64,000 nucleotides of DNA from a virus (lineage: Duplodnaviria; Heunggongvirae; Uroviricota; Caudoviricetes): the IMG/VR virus record IMGVR_UViG_3300003267_000376; one strand, written 5' to 3'. This document shows positions 45,832 through 55,675 of this stretch, piece by piece (within the stretch, counting starts at the first letter, position 1; each line of letters opens with the position of its first letter). Made by a program: the position numbers and the translations under genes. The notes beneath the pieces were generated by a model. The model was not told the origin of the DNA, ran no database searches, and saw only the letters and a program-made list of their open reading frames with translations.

Positions 45832-46173
45832 TTACCAGCAGGCGTCACAGGTGCAGTGCGCTACCGTGCCACCCGCTGCCAGGGCGCCGGACTCACAGTT
45901 GCGGCTGCCGTGATGCGAGGGGTACATGCCGGTGTGTTGGCAGCCGGGGCACTCCGAGTTCCACCACTCGATGCCAGCGAGGTTGGTGATATGGGTGCGG
46001 GTGCCGTAGGCCAAGGCTCGGTCCTTGGCCTCCGGAAAGGTCAGCCCCGTGTGGGCGCCGCCACCTTCATCGAAATGCAGGATGAAGGTGTCAACGGCTA
46101 TGGACGACTTGTGCACTTGACGTGCTCCCTTCTTGGAGGCGATCCACGACACGCCGGAGCCCGTTGTTCTCAC
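45832..46173 (-). CDS. Cys/His-rich hypothetical protein
   Basis: The start is uncertain. Confidence 0.3.
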   Translation of the reverse strand: MRTTGSGVSWIASKKGARQVHKSSIAVDTFILHFDEGGGAHTGLTFPEAKDRALAYGTRTHITNLAGIEWWNSECPGCQHTGMYPSHHGSRNCESGALAAGGTVAHCTCDACW

Positions 46174-46846
46174 GCTTGAGTTCCTCGATCTGCTCCTGCA
46201 TGGGGCGCATCTTCTCGCGCCACTGCTGGTCGCGCTCTTCGTAGTAGGCGATCATGTTGTCGCGCCGGTCGATGGCGGGTAGCACGAGGCACACCGCATC
46301 GAGGCGTGGGTCGCTCTTGAACTCGAAGGCATCGGACTTGGCATTGATGCCTGCCGCTTCGAGTTGCTTGACGGTATCGGCTAGGATCTGCTTGCGACCG
46401 GCATACTGGCGGGCCGCCTGCAGCAGCGCCTCTTCCTCGTCCCGACCCTTGAGCTTGGCGAGCGGCTCGAACGGCGAGGCATCGGCCTCGTCGCCGCTAA
46501 CCGCTACCAGCGGGGTCGGCTCAGGCTTGGGTTGGGTGGTGGTCATCGCCGCCTGCTCCGTTCGGTGGTGATTGGCGAGTCGGCTGAGTGCCTCATCACG
46601 TGGCACGGCGAGGGTCCAGAACGACTGGCGCCCACGCTTGTAGACGAGCCGGGTGATGAGGATGCCAGCGTCCTTGTAGGTATCAACCGCCTTTAGGAAG
46701 GGAGCCGGCGTGGCACCCAGCTGCTTCGCTAGGTCAATGTAGTTTATGCCGGCCTGCTCTTCTTGCACCGGCCAACGATCGTAGAGCGCCTCAAGCCACC
46801 GCTTCTCATTGGCTTGGCGCTGATAGGTAGTTTTGCGGATGGTCAT
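46091..46846 (-). CDS. hypothetical DNA-binding-like protein with C-terminal coiled coil
   Basis: 251 aa. The N-terminus is winged-helix-like and the C-terminus is helical. Confidence 0.45.
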   Translation of the reverse strand: MTIRKTTYQRQANEKRWLEALYDRWPVQEEQAGINYIDLAKQLGATPAPFLKAVDTYKDAGILITRLVYKRGRQSFWTLAVPRDEALSRLANHHRTEQAAMTTTQPKPEPTPLVAVSGDEADASPFEPLAKLKGRDEEEALLQAARQYAGRKQILADTVKQLEAAGINAKSDAFEFKSDPRLDAVCLVLPAIDRRDNMIAYYEERDQQWREKMRPMQEQIEELKRENNGLRRVVDRLQEGSTSSAQVVHSR

Positions 46847-46855
46847 GTGCTTCCT

Positions 46856-47230
46856 TTATCCAAGTGACCAGCGTCGTACCCGTTGTACGACTTGGGGATC
46901 AATGATAGCAAGCTCTGCGCCAGATGCACGGCGCAGCAGATAAGCCGCTTGGAAACGGTCGAGGTCGGATACGTGGCGTGGCAAGCGCCGATGACACAGC
47001 CGCAGGGCGGTGAGGTGGGCGTAGCGGTTGCGATACCACACCTGTAACCAGGCGGGCAGTTGCGAATCGCTGTGCTGCATCTGGTAGACGAGGCTGAGGA
47101 AGCGGTACAACCCCGCATTACTGAACCGACGTGGTCGCCAGTGCAGCTGCCCGTTGGCGATCCGCCCCGCCTGGTGGGCGTAAGCGGATAGCGAACAGGC
47201 AGGACACAGGGAGATGCCGAGCTCATTCGC
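46856..47230 (-). CDS. hypothetical protein
   Basis: Only the C-terminal half of the track ORF looks protein-like. Confidence 0.3.
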   Translation of the reverse strand, partial: ANELGISLCPACSLSAYAHQAGRIANGQLHWRPRRFSNAGLYRFLSLVYQMQHSDSQLPAWLQVWYRNRYAHLTALRLCHRRLPRHVSDLDRFQAAYLLRRASGAELAIIDPQVVQRVRRWSLG

Positions 47231-47711
47231 TAGTTGCGGATAACTCGGCTTCACGGCGGTGACGCCATCCCTTCTTTGAGCTCTGGCTCCGATCGACGGG
47301 CTTGATCTGGTAATCCGGATTGATCCGGAGCCACTTGACGCCGTCCTCATCGGTCTCGAGGATGACCCGTCCCGTCTTGAGGATGCCATACAGAGCGACC
47401 GTAGCCTTCGCCCGCCGTCCATAACCGACGAGCGTCGCCATGTCGCGCTGCATCGCACGCTGCTCTGGAGCGTGGCGCCGCTTGCCCTGGGAATGCTGTC
47501 CGCGTCGAGCCGTCTCATTGGCTCGATACGCCATGCCCGCCGGGATCAGCGGCATGATGGCGACCATCACCTCTTCCCGACGAATGCGGCCCGCCTCAGC
47601 GATGATCTCGTAGGCACGCCGGGTGACCGCACTGGTCTGTGGGGCGAGCGGAGGGAGGGAATCGGTGGCCGACCGCGGACGGTCGACCACCTTCCAAGTG
47701 GGCTTGGGCAT
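47223..47711 (-). CDS. hypothetical protein
   Basis: 162 aa, basic. Confidence 0.4.
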   Translation of the reverse strand: MPKPTWKVVDRPRSATDSLPPLAPQTSAVTRRAYEIIAEAGRIRREEVMVAIMPLIPAGMAYRANETARRGQHSQGKRRHAPEQRAMQRDMATLVGYGRRAKATVALYGILKTGRVILETDEDGVKWLRINPDYQIKPVDRSQSSKKGWRHRREAELSATSE

Positions 47712-47722
47712 CGATCACCTCG

Positions 47723-48691
47723 TTAGTTGAGGCGCTCGAGAACCGCTGCCAGCCTCCGGGTTGCATCCAGCAACGCCACGCGCAGCTGATCCTTCGTCAC
47801 CTCGTCCATCTCGATATTCAGCATCTCAGGCTGGAAGTCACGAATGCGAGTGACGATGTTGTTCAGCCGCACCAGCGGACGGACGTTCCTGTTGGTGACG
47901 CTGCCACCAGCGGTGGCCTTGATCACCCCGTCGAAGTCACGCCGCGCCTCGGTCACGACCGAGAGCTGCTGGGCCTCGTTGCGCTGGGCGTTGATGCGGG
48001 GGACGATCTCGTCCACCTGCTCATACGTCAGCTTGGCGTCCTTGACCAGCGAGGCCATCTGGGACAGCACCACATCCGAGTGGATGTTGTTCAGCCGACG
48101 ACGTGCGGTAATCCCGAAGTCGTTGGCGTCATAGCCCAGGGCTACCAGCCGCTCGGTCGCACGCTGGTCGTTGGTCAGGTACTCCAGTCGTGCTAGACGC
48201 ACGCCCATGATCTTGGCGGCATCAGTTGCGCTGATGCCACGGTTGACGAGGTCCAGCGCCTGCTGCTCACGCTCAGCGAGCGTGGTCGGCTCACCATGGG
48301 TGACGTTGGACTCGTAGGTCAGGATGCTGATCTGCTCCGGCGAGGGGTTCGTCACGACGTAGGCGTCGAGCGGCTTCTCGGCCCGGATGGCAGCCTGCAG
48401 GCGGTGGTTGCCATCGATCACGATGTACTTGTTCTTGCCGGCCGCATAGACGACGATCGGCGGGAACTGGGCATCGTTGCTCATGGCAATCGTGTAGCGC
48501 TCCACGACCTCTTCGAGGAGCGGGGCACCGACACGAGCCTGGTTCTTCAGGGACGCATCCCGATCAATGGTGTACAGCGGGAAGTCACCCTGGTAGGTGT
48601 ACTCCACGCCACGCTTGGTCAGCCAGCCATCGATCCACGAGTACTCACTCGGGGACGAGGTGCTGACGGTCTGGGGGTTAGCGACAGCCAT
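47723..48691 (-). CDS. ParB-like nuclease domain protein
   Basis: PPIVVYAAGKNKYIVIDGNHRLQAAI matches the ParB/Srx GxxRxxA motif. Confidence 0.65.
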   Translation of the reverse strand: MAVANPQTVSTSSPSEYSWIDGWLTKRGVEYTYQGDFPLYTIDRDASLKNQARVGAPLLEEVVERYTIAMSNDAQFPPIVVYAAGKNKYIVIDGNHRLQAAIRAEKPLDAYVVTNPSPEQISILTYESNVTHGEPTTLAEREQQALDLVNRGISATDAAKIMGVRLARLEYLTNDQRATERLVALGYDANDFGITARRRLNNIHSDVVLSQMASLVKDAKLTYEQVDEIVPRINAQRNEAQQLSVVTEARRDFDGVIKATAGGSVTNRNVRPLVRLNNIVTRIRDFQPEMLNIEMDEVTKDQLRVALLDATRRLAAVLERLN

Positions 48692-48759
48692 TCTGTCTCC
48701 TTGTAGGGAAGTGCTTGTTGTCTGACATTATAGACGAAGTGGCGAGTCGGTGCAAACGC

Positions 48760-49200
48760 CTAGCGGAGCTTGTCATAGATCGCCATAGCGGAGGTGTAGG
48801 CATCAGAACCGTAGTAGTATTCGGCCTCGCACTCGGAGCACCGAATGAACTCCGGCTCGAGGTCAGCATTGTCGTCTGCCTCGACATCGCCGTAATCGTA
48901 CGAATCATAGTCCATACCATCCGCCCGAGGCTTCTCGCCACTGGTATCGACTCGCTCCCAGCCTGGGAGCCAGGTGTGGGCAGGAACACTGCCCACCACC
49001 TCGAACATGTGACTCGGCTCACCGTACTCCGGGTCGGACTCGGCCTCTTCGAGGCACGACGGACATGTCCACCGCAGTGGTGGAGACGTGCCCGGCTCGA
49101 CCCGTTGCTTCTCGATCGCTTCTACGGATTGCGAGAGGTAGGGTCGATTACATACGCAGTTAGCTTCTGAAAAGAAGCACTCGCTGCATAGATCACTCAT
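48760..49200 (-). CDS. Cys-rich acidic protein
   Basis: 146 aa, with multiple CxxC pairs. Confidence 0.45.
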   Translation of the reverse strand: MSDLCSECFFSEANCVCNRPYLSQSVEAIEKQRVEPGTSPPLRWTCPSCLEEAESDPEYGEPSHMFEVVGSVPAHTWLPGWERVDTSGEKPRADGMDYDSYDYGDVEADDNADLEPEFIRCSECEAEYYYGSDAYTSAMAIYDKLR

Positions 49201-49726
49201 GCATCCTCACAGACTCGAACAAGAGGCTCGCCTGGCCCGCCTTGGCACGAGCGCGCATGACGGCCGGTGATGCTTCCGGCGCTTTCAGCAGACCGTGCTG
49301 GGCAAGGGAATAGCTCTCGTTCGGGGGTGCCACAATGATGTGGTCTTCGAAACTAAGGCCAATCACGTTGGCCGCATCTTGGATCATCTTGGTTAGCTTG
49401 ACATCCTGCACGGTCGGGGACACGTCACCACCTGGGTGGTTGTGCACCACCACAAAGCGGTCGGTCCCCGACATGAGGACGGCGGAGAGCAAGGCAGGAA
49501 TGCTGACGGTGACGTCGTTGTAACCACCGCGTGCGATCTCAGTCGCCACGCGAAGGTTGCGCCCGGCGTCGTACGCCACCACCCACAGCTTCTCCTGCGC
49601 CGAATCGGTCAGGCCCCAGGCCTTGACCATTTCGGCAATCGTGCCGATGCCTTCGACATCACGCTGCCGCAGGACCTCGGTGCGATGCTCTACGAACTGT
49701 TCACGAGTATTGTTCTGGTTATCCAT
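49193..49726 (-). CDS. RadC-like JAB/MPN domain protein
   Basis: VVHNHPGGDVSPTVQDVKLTK is the RadC HNHP(S/G)G motif. Confidence 0.75.
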   Translation of the reverse strand: MDNQNNTREQFVEHRTEVLRQRDVEGIGTIAEMVKAWGLTDSAQEKLWVVAYDAGRNLRVATEIARGGYNDVTVSIPALLSAVLMSGTDRFVVVHNHPGGDVSPTVQDVKLTKMIQDAANVIGLSFEDHIIVAPPNESYSLAQHGLLKAPEASPAVMRARAKAGQASLLFESVRMHE

Positions 49727-50048
49727 TCGTGTTCCGATGGGGTTGATGGGCGTGAGCGTGCGTGAGTGCCCGCCGACGCTTCAGTGAATCGAAGAAGTGA
49801 CGGTCGTGCGCTGCTTCGTAGACCTCCTGTTCGGCGGCCGCTATGCGCTTGCGCATGGCGACCACATTGCGATCAGTGGGATAGTTCTTGTCGTAGTACT
49901 CAAGATTGTCCATCGACCAGCCATAGGACTTGGCGACGGCGAGTCGCTCTCGTTTCCGTGCCGTTTCGAGCTCGGCTTCGAGGAGCTCCAGCTCCTCCTT
50001 GGTCCAGTCGGGATCTTCCCGCTCGGAGCCGTAGCTGGTGCAGCTCAT
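49719..50048 (-). CDS. hypothetical protein
   Basis: 109 aa. Confidence 0.45.
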   Translation of the reverse strand: MSCTSYGSEREDPDWTKEELELLEAELETARKRERLAVAKSYGWSMDNLEYYDKNYPTDRNVVAMRKRIAAAEQEVYEAAHDRHFFDSLKRRRALTHAHAHQPHRNTNG

Positions 50049-50308
50049 GTGAACTTGAAGGTGATGCCGTCCATGCTGAACTCATCACCTGTGTCATTGG
50101 CCGTGACCTTGGGAGCGGTCTCCGCTGAGGGCGTTGGCAACACACCGGCTTCCTGCAGCAGGAACATGGCGCACTGCGTGCAGACCCAGCCGAGCACCGA
50201 ACCAAAGCCGAGATAGATACCTGATTGCTCCGGCTTCGGGCTAGTCTGTCCGACTACGGCGTATGTGAAGCGCTTATGGCAGCGCTTACAGCTTTCGTTA
50301 TAGGCCAT
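50045..50308 (-). CDS. hypothetical Cys-containing protein
   Basis: The start is probably at internal Met MAYNESCKRC. Confidence 0.35.
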   Translation of the reverse strand: MAYNESCKRCHKRFTYAVVGQTSPKPEQSGIYLGFGSVLGWVCTQCAMFLLQEAGVLPTPSAETAPKVTANDTGDEFSMDGITFKFT

Positions 50309-50693
50309 CGGGCTGATCTCCAGTAGCGTCGATGCAGCATTGGCCGAACTCGTGGTCTGGAAGACCAAACCGCTGTCGAAGGTCGAGTTCGTTGTTGTGG
50401 CGCTGATTCAGTTCACGCCAGTTGCGACCGTTGTTGTCGAGGTAATCCTCCTTGGCCAGACGATGCGTTTCATGCTCCTGAATGCGGAGCATGGCATCCA
50501 TCATGCTGAGCTGATCGGCGCTCAACGAGGTGTCGATCGGCTTGATGTATTGCGCCGCCAGTTCCTCCAGATGATTCTGGCTGATGTAGGCGTTGTTGTA
50601 ATCACCGCAAGTGGTGCAGTAGGGCTCGCAGTCTTCACGACCGCAGCCCTCGCAGCCGTAGCCAGTGAGCGGGATGTGTTGGAGATCAGCCAT
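50298..50693 (-). CDS. hypothetical protein (paralogue of 50686..51249)
   Basis: The product shares the block EH..H...EDY..N.G.NW.EL......DLR..FGLP.H.F...CC with its neighbour. Confidence 0.5.
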   Translation of the reverse strand: MADLQHIPLTGYGCEGCGREDCEPYCTTCGDYNNAYISQNHLEELAAQYIKPIDTSLSADQLSMMDAMLRIQEHETHRLAKEDYLDNNGRNWRELNQRHNNELDLRQRFGLPDHEFGQCCIDATGDQPDGL

Positions 50694-51249
50694 CCTTCTC
50701 CTCATCGAGTTCGTCGAGCGGCGTGGCGATGCCCGCTGCCTGTGCCATCCGGTCCTTCTCAGCAGCATTGATGCCGTGGGCGGTGATGGCGATGGCGGCG
50801 AGGTCGACACCATCGACCTCGATCACGCAGCAATCGGAGCTGAACGGATGAGCGGGCAGGCTGAGCTTGGTGCGGAGATCCATGGCGGCCTGGGCTTGCG
50901 TGTGCAGCTCCTGCCAGTTGGCGCCACCGTTGTGGATGTAGTCATCCCGAGTGGCGGCGTGGATCTGGTGCTCCTTGATCTTCAGGGCATCGGCGAAGAT
51001 CGCGATCTCAGCATCGGTCAGGTTGGCCGGCTTCTCGACGATCTTCTCGATTTCCTTGGTGACGACCTCCTTCTTGCCAAAGGTGGCTTCCATCAAGGCC
51101 GTGGCTTCAGTGCTGGCCTTGATGTTTTCGAGCAAGTACGGCAGATCGACGAGGACGCCATAGCTGTAGCCGGTGTACGTGTATTTCGATTCCTCGGCCT
51201 TGACGCTGAGTCGTAGCTGGCCCTTCGCATTCTGTTTCTTCGCTGCCAA
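50686..51249 (-). CDS. hypothetical protein (paralogue of 50298..50693)
   Basis: See the previous entry. Confidence 0.5.
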   Translation of the reverse strand: MAAKKQNAKGQLRLSVKAEESKYTYTGYSYGVLVDLPYLLENIKASTEATALMEATFGKKEVVTKEIEKIVEKPANLTDAEIAIFADALKIKEHQIHAATRDDYIHNGGANWQELHTQAQAAMDLRTKLSLPAHPFSSDCCVIEVDGVDLAAIAITAHGINAAEKDRMAQAAGIATPLDELDEEKDG

Positions 51250-51251
51250 AG

Positions 51252-51452
51252 TTAGTTCTCCAGTGCCTTGGTGTGCTGGGCGGCGATGGCATCGGCCTCG
51301 GCCATAAAGGCCAAGAACTCCCGACGAGTCGGGGTGAAGCCGAATCGATCCTCGAACGCGGCGATCAGTTTGATCAGCAGCGTCTTGCCAGCGGGGTCGT
51401 AATCGATCTGGTCGAGGACCTCATCGGCCTCGGCCTCGTACTTACTGCTCAT
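51252..51452 (-). CDS. small hypothetical protein
   Basis: 66 aa from internal Met MSSKYEAE. Confidence 0.4.
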   Translation of the reverse strand: MSSKYEAEADEVLDQIDYDPAGKTLLIKLIAAFEDRFGFTPTRREFLAFMAEADAIAAQHTKALEN

Positions 51453-52392
51453 TCGCAATCTCCTCAAGGGCAGCGTCAACCAGTGCCTCGTCATGGAGGC
51501 GGCGGTACGTTTCGGGACCACCGACGAGGTCGGGGCGCTCAAGGGCGAGCGCTGCCTCGGCGATGGTCTCGTAGGGGGCTACGGCTGGGTCGAGAACGCC
51601 TTCGCCTTCGAGCACCGTCTTCATCTCTGGCCGCAAGAACAACTTGAGACTCTGGATTTCGACGGGGCGTCCACTGGTGCGGCCCGCCTCGTAGTCCGCC
51701 ACGCGGCGGGCGAGTTCAGCGGCGTGGTCCGCCAGCGGCCCAGGCAGAACCTCGGCGGCAGCGTTACTGACAAGGGCGCTGACGTCCGTCATTGAGGCAC
51801 CGCTAGCGAGGGCAGCATCGAGATCGGCCACCGACTGGGCCGCGGTAGGCGCGACTCCAGCGTCGATCAGTTGCTCCACGGTGTCCACAATGTCGAGCGA
51901 CATCTGAAGCCGTCCCATGGTGGCGGCTAGGCGCACACCGAACTGGGTCGGATCCACACGACCGGCACGTACGTCGTCGTCGAGGGCCAGCAGGTCACCC
52001 ATCACCGCGCGCAGCTCGTCGCTGGCGTCAGGATGATTGAAGGCCGTCTCGATGCGCTGCCGGCTATCGGGCGTAAAGCCATCGTGGTCGGAACCAGCGA
52101 GGAACTCGTCGTTGTCGTTGAGATTCAGCAAGCGGGCCAGCTCATCAAGCAGGGTGGTGCCTTGGCCCAGTGGCGTACCACCCACTGGCCGATCTTCGTT
52201 GCCCATGATCTCTGCCCGCAGCAGGTGCTGGGCTTCGGCAGTCGCCTGGGGATCACCCATGATGATGCCGTGCACATGGCCGGCTGGGCAGGTGCACAGC
52301 CCCATGGCGTCGAACTCAATCTCCTCGATCTCACCGTCATCGGTGGCGATGTAAACCCGAGGCTTGATCGTCGGATCGAAGTGCGGCATCAT
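51442..52392 (-). CDS. hypothetical acidic protein
   Basis: 316 aa. Confidence 0.5.
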   Translation of the reverse strand: MMPHFDPTIKPRVYIATDDGEIEEIEFDAMGLCTCPAGHVHGIIMGDPQATAEAQHLLRAEIMGNEDRPVGGTPLGQGTTLLDELARLLNLNDNDEFLAGSDHDGFTPDSRQRIETAFNHPDASDELRAVMGDLLALDDDVRAGRVDPTQFGVRLAATMGRLQMSLDIVDTVEQLIDAGVAPTAAQSVADLDAALASGASMTDVSALVSNAAAEVLPGPLADHAAELARRVADYEAGRTSGRPVEIQSLKLFLRPEMKTVLEGEGVLDPAVAPYETIAEAALALERPDLVGGPETYRRLHDEALVDAALEEIANEQ

Positions 52393-52802
52393 TCGTCGGT
52401 TCCCTCTCGCTTCTCACGAAGGCGCTTGCGGAGCCGCTCCAAGGCGGCATTGGTCTCAGGGGTGGTGGTGGCAGTCGGGCTCGTGGCGTTCGAGCGCGGG
52501 CTGCGTAGGTAACGGCCACCGGTATCGATGGCGCGTTGCAGGACCGCCTGCAGCTGATTGAGATTCAGCCCGCCCAACTCATCGAGCGGCTTGGGAGGTT
52601 CGGTATCCCAGCCGCGGATGCGAATGTCGTAGCTGATGTTGTTGTAGGCGGAGCGGTGAAAGGACAGGGACGCCGATCCACTCGCTTCCGGACGAGACAG
52701 CAAGGCGGTGGCATTGGTTGCCACCGCCTTGGCCTCGTCGGAGTCGAGCGGCTCGTAGTTCCCATCTCGGATGATCTGGTGCTTGAGTCGCTCGTTGTCC
52801 AT
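52389..52802 (-). CDS. hypothetical protein
   Basis: 137 aa. Confidence 0.5.
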   Translation of the reverse strand: MDNERLKHQIIRDGNYEPLDSDEAKAVATNATALLSRPEASGSASLSFHRSAYNNISYDIRIRGWDTEPPKPLDELGGLNLNQLQAVLQRAIDTGGRYLRSPRSNATSPTATTTPETNAALERLRKRLREKREGTDE

Positions 52803-52826
52803 GACGGACTCCTCCTGTGGTTGGGG

Positions 52827-54071
52827 TTAGTGCATGATCGCGTTGACCGCATCCTCGATGCGGTCCGCCTTGTCCTCCACCTGCTCGATGGCAGTGGCCT
52901 GCATGGCTGCCGTATCGGTTAGCATGTCGACCTGGGTGTGCATGGACTCCTGGCGAGAGCGCAGCGTGTGGTGCTGCTCCCACAGGCGTTCCAGGCTCTC
53001 GCCGTGGCGATCGATGCGCTGGTTGGAGCGATGGTCGACCGTCTCGACCGCTCGCTGCGTCTCATCGAGGCGCAGGTTCAGCGTCTCGATCTGACCAGCG
53101 AGTTGCTGGTCGGCCACGAAGTTGTCACCAAGAGAGGCCGCGACCGCCTCGGTGTAGCCCTGCAGCAGTTCGGCCTGACCGTTGATCCGCTGCCGCTGCT
53201 TGTCAGCGTCACCCCGCACTTCGGCCAACTCGAGATCGAGCCGATCGATGTGCTGGGCGAGGGTGTGGATCATGTCGAACGATCGCAGCAGCAGTCCATC
53301 ACGGAAGTGCAGTGCGCTGCTGACATGGGCGATGTGCGACTCGGTGTCGTCAATCTCCCGCAGCAGTTCCTGCTTGATGCCACCCGCCGCCAGATCGACC
53401 TCGCCGACATAGTCGGCCAGTTCGTCGAGCCGTCGCTCGTAGTACTCGTCGGCGAGCAACTGCTCTTCGCGGACATCGTCACGAACCCGAGTGACAGCGA
53501 CCTTGAGGTCTTCGGTCAAGGCCTCATAGACGCCATCGATCTCGAACTTCATGTCGGCCATCAGGCCCTTCTCCGTCCAGCTCAGATCTTCTTCAAGCTC
53601 CTCGACATCGTCGCGCAACTGATCGACGTCCTCGAACAGCTGCGTGGTGATGGCGTACAGGTTGCTGAAGTCATCGGTCTGGCTGGCGAGGTCACGATCG
53701 GCCTGGGCCAGATCCACCGGCGGGAACTGGACGTAGCTGGTGGAGATGCCTTCCTCGTCGTACTGCGAGCTCACGCTCGGCACGCCAAGAGCCTCGTCCA
53801 TCTGCTGATCGAGCTGCTCGGCCAGTGGCCGAGGATCGCTCATGTCGACGACGAGGACCGCGGCTTCGCCACGAGTGGCCCGCTCGGCCAGTTCGGCCGC
53901 CTCGGCTAGATCCTCTGAGTAGGCGCCAGGATGAAAGGCCGGAGCCTCACCCCAGGGCGTGTCGAAATCGTCGGCTTGCGGGAGCGGCATCCCCAGATCG
54001 AGCTGGGTTGCCGCCAAATCTGCGACCGGCTGATGCGCCGGCTCGTTCTTCTCAGCCATGTCGGCCTCCAT
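52827..54071 (-). CDS. acidic coiled-coil protein
   Basis: A long helical, Asp/Glu-rich region is present. The start is probably MEADMAEK (54071) or MAEK (54059). Confidence 0.5.
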   Translation of the reverse strand: MEADMAEKNEPAHQPVADLAATQLDLGMPLPQADDFDTPWGEAPAFHPGAYSEDLAEAAELAERATRGEAAVLVVDMSDPRPLAEQLDQQMDEALGVPSVSSQYDEEGISTSYVQFPPVDLAQADRDLASQTDDFSNLYAITTQLFEDVDQLRDDVEELEEDLSWTEKGLMADMKFEIDGVYEALTEDLKVAVTRVRDDVREEQLLADEYYERRLDELADYVGEVDLAAGGIKQELLREIDDTESHIAHVSSALHFRDGLLLRSFDMIHTLAQHIDRLDLELAEVRGDADKQRQRINGQAELLQGYTEAVAASLGDNFVADQQLAGQIETLNLRLDETQRAVETVDHRSNQRIDRHGESLERLWEQHHTLRSRQESMHTQVDMLTDTAAMQATAIEQVEDKADRIEDAVNAIMH

Positions 54072-54144
54072 ATGCAAGGAACAATGGTCACAGCCGCCTA
54101 CGCGGCAGCCGTCATCTGCCTCAAGGCAGGGATAATCGGGCAAC

Positions 54145-54209
54145 GTCATACGTGTGTGGGTTGGTGGCGTGGCTTGCATCGGATTGGCAAACCCGCGAAC
54201 CCGCGGGTT
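54145..54209 (-). promoter_or_regulatory. conserved leader element D (variant without adjacent RBS)
   Basis: TTTGCCAATCCGATGCAAGCCACGCCACCAACCCACACACGTATGA is preceded by the hairpin AACCCGCG/CGCGGGTT. Confidence 0.5.
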
Positions 54210-54213
54210 AGAC

Positions 54214-54330
54214 CTACCCGAGAACGGTAGTGAGCGCCGCACCGGCAGCGCTACCGACAAACGCGGCATACCAGATCACGAAGAAGACTACCGCCACCCA
54301 GAACCAGACGCCCTCATCCTGCGTCCGCAT
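54214..54330 (-). CDS. small membrane protein
   Basis: Starts at MRTQDEGVWFWVAVVFFVIWYAAFVG. Confidence 0.3.
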   Translation of the reverse strand: MRTQDEGVWFWVAVVFFVIWYAAFVGSAAGAALTTVLG

Positions 54331-54649
54331 CGAGAACCTCAATGCTGACCTCGTACAGGTCAATGATGCGAGGGCGTTCATCGTTGGGGCGGGGTCCCCA
54401 GATGCGGCAATCCTGCCCATTCACGGGCGGGTCTGGCTTGAGGGTCCAGTAGGTGCCGTAGATGTTGGGCGAGGCGATGCCTTCGAGGCCCGACGAGACG
54501 CGGGTCTGGGTGAAGGTCTTGCTGCGGCGGTCAATGCGGAACTGCATGCCACCAGCACTGGTGACCAGCAGCAGGTCGGCCGCCTTGGGTGCCTCGCGCT
54601 GGGGCGTGGTCGGTGCCTCCCCCGTGACCATGGTGACTAGGTTGCTCAT
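54314..54649 (-). CDS. hypothetical protein
   Basis: 111 aa. Confidence 0.45.
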   Translation of the reverse strand: MSNLVTMVTGEAPTTPQREAPKAADLLLVTSAGGMQFRIDRRSKTFTQTRVSSGLEGIASPNIYGTYWTLKPDPPVNGQDCRIWGPRPNDERPRIIDLYEVSIEVLDADAG

Positions 54650-55134
54650 GCGGCGTCTCGCGCCGCCCGGGCATCGGCCTTCTCTTGGTTGCCTTGGCGA
54701 ATCAGCTCCATGAGCTCATCCCGCACCTGATTCATGGCGAGGATGTGCTCGTGGTCATAAGCATAAGCCTCGCCACTGGTCAGCGCTTGCTGCAACAGCA
54801 AGCAGGTCATCTCGAGCAGTTCCGCAGCCTTGAGCAGGATCGTCTTGCCAGTGGGCCAGGCCGTGGCGAGCTCAATCCACTGCTGATCGTGAATGACGTT
54901 CATGACCATGTAGGCCTGCCGCATCTTCTCGACCAGCCCCTGCTGCACTACGAACGAGCGTTCGACGTCGGTCAGCTCCGGCATGTCGAGCACGACCGGT
55001 AGCAGTTCGAGCGGACTCGGCTCATGCTGACCCAGCAGGGCGGCCATCATCTGCATGGCCTGGGCTGGCGACAGAGGACCGTCGTCTTCAGGATCAGGTT
55101 GGAGGTAGTCGAGGGGTCCGTCCTGGTTGCTCAT
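54646..55134 (-). CDS. hypothetical acidic protein
   Basis: 162 aa. Confidence 0.5.
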   Translation of the reverse strand: MSNQDGPLDYLQPDPEDDGPLSPAQAMQMMAALLGQHEPSPLELLPVVLDMPELTDVERSFVVQQGLVEKMRQAYMVMNVIHDQQWIELATAWPTGKTILLKAAELLEMTCLLLQQALTSGEAYAYDHEHILAMNQVRDELMELIRQGNQEKADARAARDAA

Positions 55135-55463
55135 GGTCGCAGGTCCTTGATGTGCTGCGCCACGCCTTCGAAGGTGGCGTTATCGATGCGGGCACGCTGG
55201 GTGTGGGCTTGCTGGAGCAGCAGCCCGAGTGTTTCGAGCGCCTCGCCCTTGCGCACCAAGGTGGCGGCCTGCTCATCATCGAGCGCCTCGATGAAGCGAT
55301 CGTCAACGAGTGAGCCGAGAATCGGTGAGCCGAGGGCAGCGATGAGTTGGCTCATCGCATCGACACCGCGGCGTGCATTCTCCCCGGGCGATATCTCTTC
55401 GAGGCCGGCCTCGGCATAGAGTTGAGCGACGCGCTCTGGATCAGGGACGTTGAAGTTAGCCAT
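55131..55463 (-). CDS. hypothetical protein
   Basis: 110 aa. The ATGGCTAA overlap suggests an upstream small ORF. Confidence 0.45.
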   Translation of the reverse strand: MANFNVPDPERVAQLYAEAGLEEISPGENARRGVDAMSQLIAALGSPILGSLVDDRFIEALDDEQAATLVRKGEALETLGLLLQQAHTQRARIDNATFEGVAQHIKDLRP

Positions 55464-55675
55464 GGATAAATCGCTCCCAATCTGTCGGTGGAGGCGCGGG
55501 CTGTGCGGCCCGCGCCTCCTCGATGGCCTGGTCTGACTGGGTTACGCATGACCAATGCAGCCCGGACAAGGGCTCGCGCCCTTGCCATGGCCACACCAGT
55601 CCATCACACCACTGACAGCGTGGAATCCCCTGCGTACGCCAGCTGCGCCAGGCGAGCCGGATTCGATCGCGCCAG

